From Eubacteriales bacterium (GTDB lineage Bacteria; Bacillota; Clostridia; Oscillospirales; CAG-272), in NCBI GenBank assembly GCA_045531105.1, contig JAZSDJ010000047.1, positions 1-36,083 of the forward strand: a DNA stretch of 36,083 nt, in the 5' to 3' direction. This document shows positions 20,386-28,063 of this stretch, one piece after another. Made by a program: the position numbers and the translations under genes. How positions within the stretch are numbered: the first letter of the stretch is position 1; every line of letters begins with the position of its first letter. The notes under the pieces are model-generated. The model saw only the letters and a list, made by a program, of their open reading frames with translations, was not told the origin of the DNA and made no database searches.

Positions 20386-20452
20386 AAAAGATTTTTGTTT
20401 ATTTTGCCAAAATGTTCGACAAAATAACTTTAAATTCGAGATTCGAAAAAAG

Positions 20453-21358
20453 TTATTTTTTCTTATAAACATATTTTGGACGACTGTTTTTTGTTATAAG
20501 TCCCGCTGCGCGAGAAAAACCATCGTCGGTAAATTCCGAAAGGTAGGTTTTTATTATTTCGTACCCTGCTTCTTCCTCGTTTGTTAAGTAGTCGGAGTCA
20601 ATTTCGCGGGTTATTTGTTTGAGCAGTTTTTGTCTGTCGGCATCTGGGTTTTGAGCGATAAGAACTGAGAGCGCGTCATCAACTGCGAGAAACGCATTTG
20701 TAAGATAATCTGACACAACCATACCATTTGTGTCATTTTCGTCAAGCAACGCCATAACCTCTAAAAGTTCTTCTATTGCGATAGTGACATTTGACGAGGT
20801 GACTGAATTATAACCGAGTTTTCCGTCGTCAAGTGTGAGAACATGGAATCTTCTTTTCAAAATCCTGTTCATAAGAAGCGCTCCCTCTTTCGTGTCAAGT
20901 CCGAGAGAGTCTTTGTAGTTGTCGTTTATGTAGTTGTTGTCGTGAACTCTGAATTTGTTGTTGTAAAGTTCAATATAAATCTTCGGCACGGATTTAGTTG
21001 GCTTTGAAAGGTCGAGAATGTACGCGTTTTCACCATTTGAGGTGATTTTACCACCAAAAGAGATAGAAAGTTCCTTCAAAATATTAACTTCTTGTTGTTG
21101 AAGTTCTTCGGGTGAAAATCTACGCCCACTTAACCACCTTTCAAACGCCGAAGTCTTTGCCTCTGTGATAGTTTTAAGGGGTGTTTGATACTTATATGTC
21201 ACGCCATCTTCGGAGATTGATGCCTTCTCTTGCTTTTCGAGTTTTTTTACAAACTCTCTTGCTTCCATATAAGAAAGGTCAAAATCTTTTTGCAAAGATG
21301 CGACGGAAAAAGAACCTTTTTCTTCAAGAGATTTATAAATTTCAGGGTATTTACTCAT
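20453..21358 (-). CDS. Protein with an N-terminal FtsK-gamma-like winged-helix domain; the rest is uncharacterised
   Basis: FSVASLQKDFDLSYMEAREFVKKLEKQ resembles the FtsK gamma motif (S.S.LQR.F.IGY.RA.R..D.LE). The preferred start MSKYPE (ATG at 21358) overlaps the upstream stop as ATGAGTAA. Confidence 0.6.
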   Translation of the reverse strand: MSKYPEIYKSLEEKGSFSVASLQKDFDLSYMEAREFVKKLEKQEKASISEDGVTYKYQTPLKTITEAKTSAFERWLSGRRFSPEELQQQEVNILKELSISFGGKITSNGENAYILDLSKPTKSVPKIYIELYNNKFRVHDNNYINDNYKDSLGLDTKEGALLMNRILKRRFHVLTLDDGKLGYNSVTSSNVTIAIEELLEVMALLDENDTNGMVVSDYLTNAFLAVDDALSVLIAQNPDADRQKLLKQITREIDSDYLTNEEEAGYEIIKTYLSEFTDDGFSRAAGLITKNSRPKYVYKKK

Positions 21359-23033
21359 CGTCATCATTCCTTTCGGTGACTTGATATACATATCGTCTGT
21401 CGTAAGGATTTATTTTCGACTTGTATTCTTTATCGTTTTTCTTTTCAATATCGTGGAACTCTGGACACATATACGAGCGTTCGAGTTTCGACCAGAAAGC
21501 GTATGGCTTATTAAGTTCGATAATTACACACTCCCCAGCCTTAAAACTTGAAAGGTCGGTTCTTGTAACAACAGGAATTGTTTCGAGTTCAAAACGAGAA
21601 AGTTCTGCGTCATTACCACTCAAAACTGATTTTGGAGAAAGGCGTGTATATTCGCCACATTCAGCCTGAAAACGAGTGAGAGTGTCTGGGTTGTTGCTTC
21701 CTAAAAAGATTTTGATATTGAGGTTATCTCTTATAATTTCAGCAGTGTTTTTGCCGTAGATGTTGTCAAGTTGTGAATACGACTGCAAAATACAGTAGAA
21801 GAAAATGTTTCTTCCACGGGCCGCGGTTATCGCTGTGTCAAAGTCGGTGATAGGTGGGAAGTTACCAAATTCGTCAAGCATGAAGTAAAACGGGGTGTCA
21901 AGTTTTGACTTTTCGCTCTTGTTTGCAACTTCGATAAGATACTTATACGCATTTTGAACAAAAAGGCTGATAAGTTGGTAATGTGTCTTAATTTCGTCTT
22001 GATAGCAGATGAAAACTGCCACTTTTCCACCAAGAAGTTCGGAAAAATCGAAGGAATTACAACTTGTTATGGTTTGAATTGTTATATTTCTAAAAATAGA
22101 AAGTTTTGTTTGGAAAACGGAAGTATAGGAACTTCTTGTAACCTTTGAGCAGTCCATCGCTGTACGCGAGAGCATAAATGCGTTGCTACTTCTGTCGCGA
22201 TTTTCAAAATAACCATTGTCAACATCAGAGTCGCCCATAGGGTCAAATGTTGCAAAAATGCGGAAGAGTGTGCGAAGTGAGAATGTGTCCTCGGTGATTG
22301 TCGCCTCTTTTTTGCCTCTTGGTCTACTGTCTTCGAGCATAGCCCACAAAAACGCTTTAAGAAGGTCGAGTGCGCCACTGTCCCAACTTCGGTCCTTTGG
22401 ATTGTCAAAGGTTATCATCATTGACGCGAGTTCGTCAATCATATTTCCGACTTTGCTCATCTCTGTGTCGAAAATTATATTGACATCGTTGTCAAGGTCA
22501 GTTTGATTTTCGTAAATTCTGCCCCTGAACATATTGCGAGGACCTTTTGGAGTGTCTATTACTTCTATTTTGTCATAGATTTTGAAAACCTCGTGATATG
22601 CCCTATAAATAGGGGTGAGAGGGTTCCAAAATTCACTGTGTTCAGGGTCACGGAAGTTGAGAAGATAAACACTGTACCCCTCATCTTCAAGCGTTTTCGC
22701 TGTCTTTTTATAAATTTCACCCTTTGGGTCGGAGATAACAAAACTTTTCTTTGTCTGTTGCTTTGCAAAAGAAAGAACGGTAGGAATTACGCAAGAGGTC
22801 GTTTTACCACCACCTGTCGCTGAAATTATAAGCGCATGTGATGCGTAATCGGAATAAATTTGCATAAGTTTGCCATTAATATATTGATTCGAGAGCAAAA
22901 TACCGTCTATTGTGAGATTAGGCAAATCGTCATAAGCCACCATTTTTGGCAAAGTGGACACAGGGTCGTCATATCTTTTGAGTTCTTTGCTTTCGTAGCC
23001 TTGCAAAAGGCTTTTGTTGCTGAAAATGTTCAT
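21351..23033 (-). CDS. VirD4/TraG/TraD-family (T4SS coupling-protein-type) ATPase lacking N-terminal transmembrane helices
   Basis: Walker A ISATGGGKTTSCVIPTVL, then SDPKGE, FWNPL, the Walker B FYFMLDEFGNFPPI and RGRNIFFYCILQSYSQLDNIYG. The Walker A starts near residue 73, and the preceding 70 residues contain no hydrophobic segment. Confidence 0.85.
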   Translation of the reverse strand: MNIFSNKSLLQGYESKELKRYDDPVSTLPKMVAYDDLPNLTIDGILLSNQYINGKLMQIYSDYASHALIISATGGGKTTSCVIPTVLSFAKQQTKKSFVISDPKGEIYKKTAKTLEDEGYSVYLLNFRDPEHSEFWNPLTPIYRAYHEVFKIYDKIEVIDTPKGPRNMFRGRIYENQTDLDNDVNIIFDTEMSKVGNMIDELASMMITFDNPKDRSWDSGALDLLKAFLWAMLEDSRPRGKKEATITEDTFSLRTLFRIFATFDPMGDSDVDNGYFENRDRSSNAFMLSRTAMDCSKVTRSSYTSVFQTKLSIFRNITIQTITSCNSFDFSELLGGKVAVFICYQDEIKTHYQLISLFVQNAYKYLIEVANKSEKSKLDTPFYFMLDEFGNFPPITDFDTAITAARGRNIFFYCILQSYSQLDNIYGKNTAEIIRDNLNIKIFLGSNNPDTLTRFQAECGEYTRLSPKSVLSGNDAELSRFELETIPVVTRTDLSSFKAGECVIIELNKPYAFWSKLERSYMCPEFHDIEKKNDKEYKSKINPYDRRYVYQVTERNDDDE

Positions 23034-23050
23034 ACTACCTGCTCCTTTCC

Positions 23051-24643
23051 TTAAAATCCAAGTTTGGTGCGTTTATCTTTTACGCTTTGTACGAGTTGGT
23101 CAACCATTTGTTTTGTAATCACCTTGCCAGAGCCTTTACCCTTAAATGAATAGATAAGTTTATCAAGAGCAAGGGCAACTTCCATAAATGTCTTAAAGCC
23201 CTCTTTGAGAGAGTCTTTTGCCTCTTTCTCTATTGAGAGGTCGGAAATTCCGTACTCTATGCTCTTTCTCAAAAGAAGTTTGTCAATAAGGGCATCTTTT
23301 TCGCTTTCTTCGATTGCTGATGCATCTATACAGTCGCAAAGGTGTCTTATGTATTTAAGGCAAGCGGTGTCACAAATGCAGATTGGCAACACGCTTGAAA
23401 GATTGAGAGTAATTCCTGGCATAACGAGTCGGAAATCATCTCTGTTTGTGTCTTTTAAAAATCTTGACAAAAGTTCAACTACTCCAAAATCGGCAACTCC
23501 TCTTAATACGATAAGAACGAGATTTTTCTTGCCCTCGTCAATATCGCGAACAAGGACATGGTTTTTGTCAAGATTGAAATCATTTCTGCCAAGCGCGCGA
23601 GCGTCAATGTCGATTATATTTGCATCAGGGAATGCGTGCGCGATAGTTTCCATATAGTCAAGCGCTACAAAATCGTCGTTTGTCACAATACAGGGCGAGA
23701 GGGCATTTGTTTCGCTCGCATAAAGAATACTTTGAATAACGCTGTTTTTCTCGGTGTCTCTTTCAAGAAGTCCACCAAGAGTGTCGCATTTTGCAACAAG
23801 GGGTACGCGTTTGAGCGCGAGAGGCAAGTCGTTTACTTCACCTACAATGTTTTTATTGTTCAAGACAAGGCGAATTTTGTCACCCTCGTCAAGAATTTCG
23901 CTGTATGCAATTCTTGAAACTTGTGGCGAGTAAATTTGAGGTTTTACAATGTTCAATCCGATTGCTTGCTCGATAAGTTCTGCCTCGTTTGAAGGAGCGA
24001 CATTTGTAAATCCGTAAAAGAGTTTCGCACTTTCAAAAATCGCCTCGAATGGAGTTCCGTTTGACACCGAATAAAGGCGAGAAATGTTCTGCGCCCTTGT
24101 GTCCTCGTCGTATGCGAGCATTGCAAGAATTGCATCAGGGTCATTCCATTTTGCACAGCGATTTATAAGGCGAAGACCGCTTTCTTTGTCCTCTCCTGTG
24201 AAAAGTCCAAGCACTTGCATAATGCCAAGGCATCGCATCGCTTCGATAATTCCACATTGAGATGCGTTTGTAAGGAATGAATAGGTCGCAGGCTTTGTCG
24301 CGTCGAGAATTGCATTGTAGCCCGCCTCTTTGAGCGCTGTTATCGCTCTGCCCTTTATGTTTGCGACGATTGTTTCAAGGTTTCCTTTGTCACCGTTTGA
24401 AAGGCGCAAAAACTCTTGTATTCTTTTGTGAAGATTGTAATCGCTTTCGCATTTTATCGCGCTGACTGTGTCGAGTTTTGTGAGTGCGAAAAGGTCGTCT
24501 CTTTCCTGCTCATCGACAAAGAAAATGTCGCACATAGATGCGAAAAGTCGTGAGATTTCTTCGTTTCCAACAAAATCCCCGATAAGTAATTCAATTTTGA
24601 AAAACGACGCAAGGCATCTTTCTTGTAAAGTTGTAAGTTTCAT
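23051..24643 (-). CDS. Uncharacterised 530-aa protein: a Sel1-like repeat plus a C-terminal degenerate Lon-like AAA+ module
   Basis: AMRCLGIMQVLGLFTGEDKESGLRLINRCAKWNDPDAILAMLAY fits the Sel1 repeat pattern. LLSRFLKDTNRDDFRLVMPGITLNLSSVLPICICDT...SEKDALIDKLLLRK parallels the Lon AAA+ region (LLEVLD..F.D....DLS.V.F..T.N...EK..I....L), but no GxxGxGKT or hhhhDE motif is present. Confidence 0.5.
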   Translation of the reverse strand: MKLTTLQERCLASFFKIELLIGDFVGNEEISRLFASMCDIFFVDEQERDDLFALTKLDTVSAIKCESDYNLHKRIQEFLRLSNGDKGNLETIVANIKGRAITALKEAGYNAILDATKPATYSFLTNASQCGIIEAMRCLGIMQVLGLFTGEDKESGLRLINRCAKWNDPDAILAMLAYDEDTRAQNISRLYSVSNGTPFEAIFESAKLFYGFTNVAPSNEAELIEQAIGLNIVKPQIYSPQVSRIAYSEILDEGDKIRLVLNNKNIVGEVNDLPLALKRVPLVAKCDTLGGLLERDTEKNSVIQSILYASETNALSPCIVTNDDFVALDYMETIAHAFPDANIIDIDARALGRNDFNLDKNHVLVRDIDEGKKNLVLIVLRGVADFGVVELLSRFLKDTNRDDFRLVMPGITLNLSSVLPICICDTACLKYIRHLCDCIDASAIEESEKDALIDKLLLRKSIEYGISDLSIEKEAKDSLKEGFKTFMEVALALDKLIYSFKGKGSGKVITKQMVDQLVQSVKDKRTKLGF

Positions 24644-24671
24644 GTTTCTCTCCCACGGAACTTACAACTAT

Positions 24672-24983
24672 TTATCGTTCGGTTGCAAGCGCCGGTATAA
24701 ATTTTTTGATTTTATCTATAATAGTTTGCTTTTCTAATTTATCTATCTTGGTCGTCAAAGAACAGTAGCCCTCGGCTTTTTCGACCTTGAATAAGTAAGC
24801 CACCGACGAAAAAGAATTGCCAAAAGGCTTTAAAAGACAATAAATGTCCTCGTCTTTCTTTATCGTCGCAAGTTGCTTGTAATGGCGCAACTCTCCGTTT
24901 TTGTCTTCGAGTGGCAATAGTCGCTTGTTTTCTTTGTCTAAAAGAATTGAAATTAAATCCGTTTTTGAAATGTCATAGTCCAC
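24672..24983 (-). CDS. Small DUF1292-like protein
   Basis: 103-aa ORF with a GTG start and GAGGTG upstream. The pattern LEDKNGELRHYKQLATIKKDEDIYCLLKP...YLFKVEK resembles DUF1292/UPF0473. Confidence 0.5.
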   Translation of the reverse strand: MDYDISKTDLISILLDKENKRLLPLEDKNGELRHYKQLATIKKDEDIYCLLKPFGNSFSSVAYLFKVEKAEGYCSLTTKIDKLEKQTIIDKIKKFIPALATER

Positions 24984-25087
24984 CTTTGATAACTCACCTC
25001 TTTGAAATTATTTTGCGATTTTAGTCTATCACAAAATAATCCGCCAAGTGTCCTGCTTTTTGGGACAGTGACAAACGAGCGCGAAAA

Positions 25088-25801
25088 TTAATCATACACT
25101 TCCGGTATCTCTATTCCCTCTTTGCGAAGTTTTTCGCGAATGGCGTCCATTTCTCTTTTGGAAACGAGAACAAAGTCCTTTTCTTTGTCGGGCTTTCTTC
25201 GCATTGCAAAAAACGCAAACACGAGGTCTGTCTTTGAGCGAGTCAAACGATAGAATTGATGCTCTAAAAGTTCGCTCGTTTCGTCAAAGTTCAAGCGAAG
25301 TCCTACCGAAAGTTGCAAAAGTGCAATTCGGGGCGCTTGCGAGTATCGCTCGTTATATTGATTTAAAAGTTTATGAAAGGTGCGTCTGCCAAGACCGACA
25401 GGCTTCCACACATCAGAGGGCTTATCAATTCCCTTTTCTCTCATAAAGCGATAAATGAGTTCCTGTAAGGTTACGAACTTTTCGCTATAATACTTCAAAA
25501 CGAAATCGTCAACCCCACCAATTAGGTTTATAACATCTTCGTCTTTGAGGATTATCTCGATATCTTCGGCTTTTGCGTTGGCTAAAAAGTTCACCAAAAC
25601 AGGCTCCATCTCGGAGAAAAATTTCTCGTCTGGTAAAAACGCATTGAGGCTATTGTCAAGCATATTTATAAGCGCCAAAAGTCGCTCTTTCACGGGTGAG
25701 GGTTCGCATCTGTCGTGCATACTTCTCATAAGCGAAAGCGCCTCTTTCGCCTCTTTAACTCCTCTGACCCTTCTCTTCAAAGGCTTGAAATCAAATTCCA
25801 T
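25088..25801 (-). CDS. Putative XRE-like HTH transcriptional regulator with an uncharacterised N-terminal domain
   Basis: The C-terminal half, TLQELIYRFMREKGIDKPSDVWKPVGLGRRTFHKLLN....PRIALLQLSVGLRLNFDETSELLE, has the Cro/C1-like helix-turn-helix pattern common in Firmicutes. Confidence 0.55.
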   Translation of the reverse strand: MEFDFKPLKRRVRGVKEAKEALSLMRSMHDRCEPSPVKERLLALINMLDNSLNAFLPDEKFFSEMEPVLVNFLANAKAEDIEIILKDEDVINLIGGVDDFVLKYYSEKFVTLQELIYRFMREKGIDKPSDVWKPVGLGRRTFHKLLNQYNERYSQAPRIALLQLSVGLRLNFDETSELLEHQFYRLTRSKTDLVFAFFAMRRKPDKEKDFVLVSKREMDAIREKLRKEGIEIPEVYD

Positions 25802-25840
25802 AAAACTCCGTTACCTTATTAATAATTTGCTTATATTTAA

Positions 25841-25869
25841 AGTTTATCATATATTAAAATAACTGTCAA
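25841..25869 (-). promoter_or_regulatory. Sigma-A-type promoter of the five-gene operon
   Basis: On the minus strand: TTGACA (25869-25864), a 17-nt spacer, then TAAACT (25846-25841). GGAG lies before the ATG at 25801. Confidence 0.6.
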
Positions 25870-26572
25870 GTAAAAAAGGTGCATATAAGCGCCGAAAAGG
25901 GCGAAGTTTCGTGCGCCCTTGCTCGGTTGTTGTGGTTAAGAAACTCAAATGCGCGCCTTTTTTGCCCTTTCGTTTGCTTGAATTTAAAATACTTGACTAA
26001 TTTTGGAAAAGTTAAGGCTCTCTTCTCTTGTGCGACTTGACCTCTTTCCTTCTTGCGCTTGCACGATTGTTAGTAAACTAACAATTTTGACAATGGTGTG
26101 TTTTTTGCTTTTACTTTTCTTTTTGTGAATGTTTTTTCGGCAAAGGAAAAGCATTTTAATGAAAAAGTCGTTTTCAATAAAAAGCCAGTTAAATCAACAA
26201 GGAAAAGGTTTGTTTAATAAATAAGGGCTGAAATCGGCAAAAGGTGTCAAAACATACTAAAACAAGGCAAAACTTTCTAAAACAAGGCAAAACAAAATTA
26301 TTTTAGACAGCGCGCTTCGGCAAGGTTTTTAGTCGGGAAATGGTAAAATAATATTGACAAGGTCAAAAAGGCAAAAATGCTCGCTTATTTTGAAACTTTC
26401 CTTTTACTATGTAAAAGGAAAAATGGATTTTTAAGGCGAAAAACCTTGGTTTTTGCTTGCCTTGTTAAACGCGAAACAGGCTATGTTTGAACAGTTGGGC
26501 ATGTGTTTGCCGACGGGCAATTTTGAGGTTGATTGCTCATGCTCCGACGACGAATGAAGTACTGTTAATAAG

Positions 26573-27433
26573 ATGAAAAAGGAAGGGAAAAAGAAAGAGA
26601 AAATGAACATTTACTACCAAAAACCGATTGAAAAAAGCGAAAATGAGCAAATTTTCTCGGTTGAAATCAGCAAGATAAGGGCAAATCCCAACCAACCACG
26701 CAAGGTTTTTGCTGATGAGGCGATACTGAAATTGGCAGATAGCATTCGCCAATATGGTATAATTCAGCCATTATGCGTGAGAAAAACGGGCGAAAGTTAC
26801 GAACTTGTGTCAGGAGAACGCAGATTAAGAGCGGCAAAAGAACTCGGAATGAGCGCTGTTCCGTGCGTGATACTTGATATAAACGAGGTAAAAAGCGCCG
26901 AAATTTCAATAATTGAAAACATAATTCGAGAAAATTTGAACATTTTCGAGCAAGCGAGCGCGATAGAAACACTTATTGATACATATGGTCTGACACAAGA
27001 ACAAATAGCGAAAAAATTGTCAAATAGCCAGTCCTTTATCGCAAACAAGTTGAGATTGTTGCGCTTATCGAGCGAAGAAAGGCAAAAAATACTTGAAAAC
27101 AACCTTACAGAGCGACACGCAAGGGCGCTTTTGCGTATATTAGACCCTTCTCTGCGTGAAAAAACGCTCAGTAAAATCATAGAAGAAGGGTTAAATGTGA
27201 CTAAAAGTGAGGAGTTTATCGATCAACTGCTCGCAAATGAGCCGAAAAAGACAAGGGGTCGCTCGTCTTCCTTAAAAGACACTCGTTCGTTTTTTGCATC
27301 AATAGATAGGCTTGTAAATACTATAAGAATGTCTGGCGTTGAAGTAAAAAGTAGGGTTATAGAGAGTGACGAGTTCACGGAAGTCACTATTTTAGTGCCA
27401 AATGTGGCAGATACCTCTCCGAAAAGCGAATAA
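26573..27433 (+). CDS. ParB/Noc-family protein (noc-like paralog upstream of soj-spo0J)
   Basis: ParB N-terminal box NPNQPRK, IIQPLCVR, the CTPase motif GERRLRAA and an HTH (LTQEQIAKKLSNSQSFIANKLRLL). The start codon is uncertain (26573 or 26603). Confidence 0.85.
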   Translation: MKKEGKKKEKMNIYYQKPIEKSENEQIFSVEISKIRANPNQPRKVFADEAILKLADSIRQYGIIQPLCVRKTGESYELVSGERRLRAAKELGMSAVPCVILDINEVKSAEISIIENIIRENLNIFEQASAIETLIDTYGLTQEQIAKKLSNSQSFIANKLRLLRLSSEERQKILENNLTERHARALLRILDPSLREKTLSKIIEEGLNVTKSEEFIDQLLANEPKKTRGRSSSLKDTRSFFASIDRLVNTIRMSGVEVKSRVIESDEFTEVTILVPNVADTSPKSE

Positions 27434-27518
27434 AATGCGAAAAATACGCACAAAGCCCTAAAAATGGTGAGAAAAATCGCCAAAAAGAGAGGAAACGAGC
27501 AAAAACAACTAAAAAGAA

Positions 27519-27534
27519 TGTTTCACGTGAAACA
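27519..27534. promoter_or_regulatory. parS site (TGTTTCACGTGAAACA, perfect palindrome)
   Basis: Exact match to the Firmicute parS consensus TGTTNCACGTGAAACA. Confidence 0.9.
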
Positions 27535-27591
27535 TATGCCCCCCTTCTCGTCGTTGCGTTTTCGCCCAGAGAAGAAACGAGGTCGCAAAAA

Positions 27592-27607
27592 TGTTCCACG
27601 TGAAACA
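27592..27607. promoter_or_regulatory. parS site (TGTTCCACGTGAAACA)
   Basis: Matches the parS consensus, differing only at the degenerate position. Confidence 0.88.
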
Positions 27608-27632
27608 AAAGTTACCACATAATTCACTCAAA

Positions 27633-27648
27633 TGTTTCACGTGAAACA
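27633..27648. promoter_or_regulatory. parS site (TGTTTCACGTGAAACA)
   Basis: Exact palindromic parS. Confidence 0.9.
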
Positions 27649-27672
27649 AAAATACGACTGGTTTTGGGCGAA

Positions 27673-27688
27673 TGTTTCACGTGAAACA
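27673..27688. promoter_or_regulatory. parS site (TGTTTCACGTGAAACA)
   Basis: Exact palindromic parS. Confidence 0.9.
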
Positions 27689-27713
27689 GCGCAATTTTGC
27701 GAAAAATAAACAA

Positions 27714-28063
27714 AAATCCACCTAAAACACACAAAAATCAATAGAAAGAATTGATTTTGGCTTATCAATCCCCATCAAAAATAAAAAATAAAAGAGGCGA
27801 GTTTTTATTAACTCGTCTTTTTATGTGTAATAATAGAATTTCTGCACAAAAACAGTAGACTTTTTGTGCGAAAATGATATGGCTTTTGAGTCTTACCTTG
27901 GTGGTTGTTTCGGAAGTTGTGAGTTTTCCACATATTCTATGGCTTTTCCACACTTTTGAACGAAGAAACTCGCTTAGAAACGCTCTTGAAAGGCTGAAAA
28001 CCCGTTTGCTGAGCCACTTTTTGGGCTTTTCGAGAAATCCACGCCTGCTCGGACTTTTCCACG
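27714..28063 (+). promoter_or_regulatory. Co-oriented DnaA-box-like motifs in the noc-soj gap
   Basis: TTTTCCACA occurs at 27924-27932 and 27944-27952, each one mismatch from TTATCCACA. Weaker matches are TTTTCCACG (28055-28063), AAATCCACG (28035-28043) and AAATCCACC (27714-27722). A long AT-rich tract follows at about 28080-28480. Confidence 0.45.

Noticed and set aside
16200-25900. Calling the whole tRNA-Ser to noc interval an integrative conjugative element because of the VirD4-like gene.
   Set aside because: There is no integrase, relaxase, VirB4 or other T4SS component and no replication gene. The only att-like repeat closes after 300 bp. The VirD4-like protein also lacks its membrane anchor, so the evidence does not support an intact ICE.
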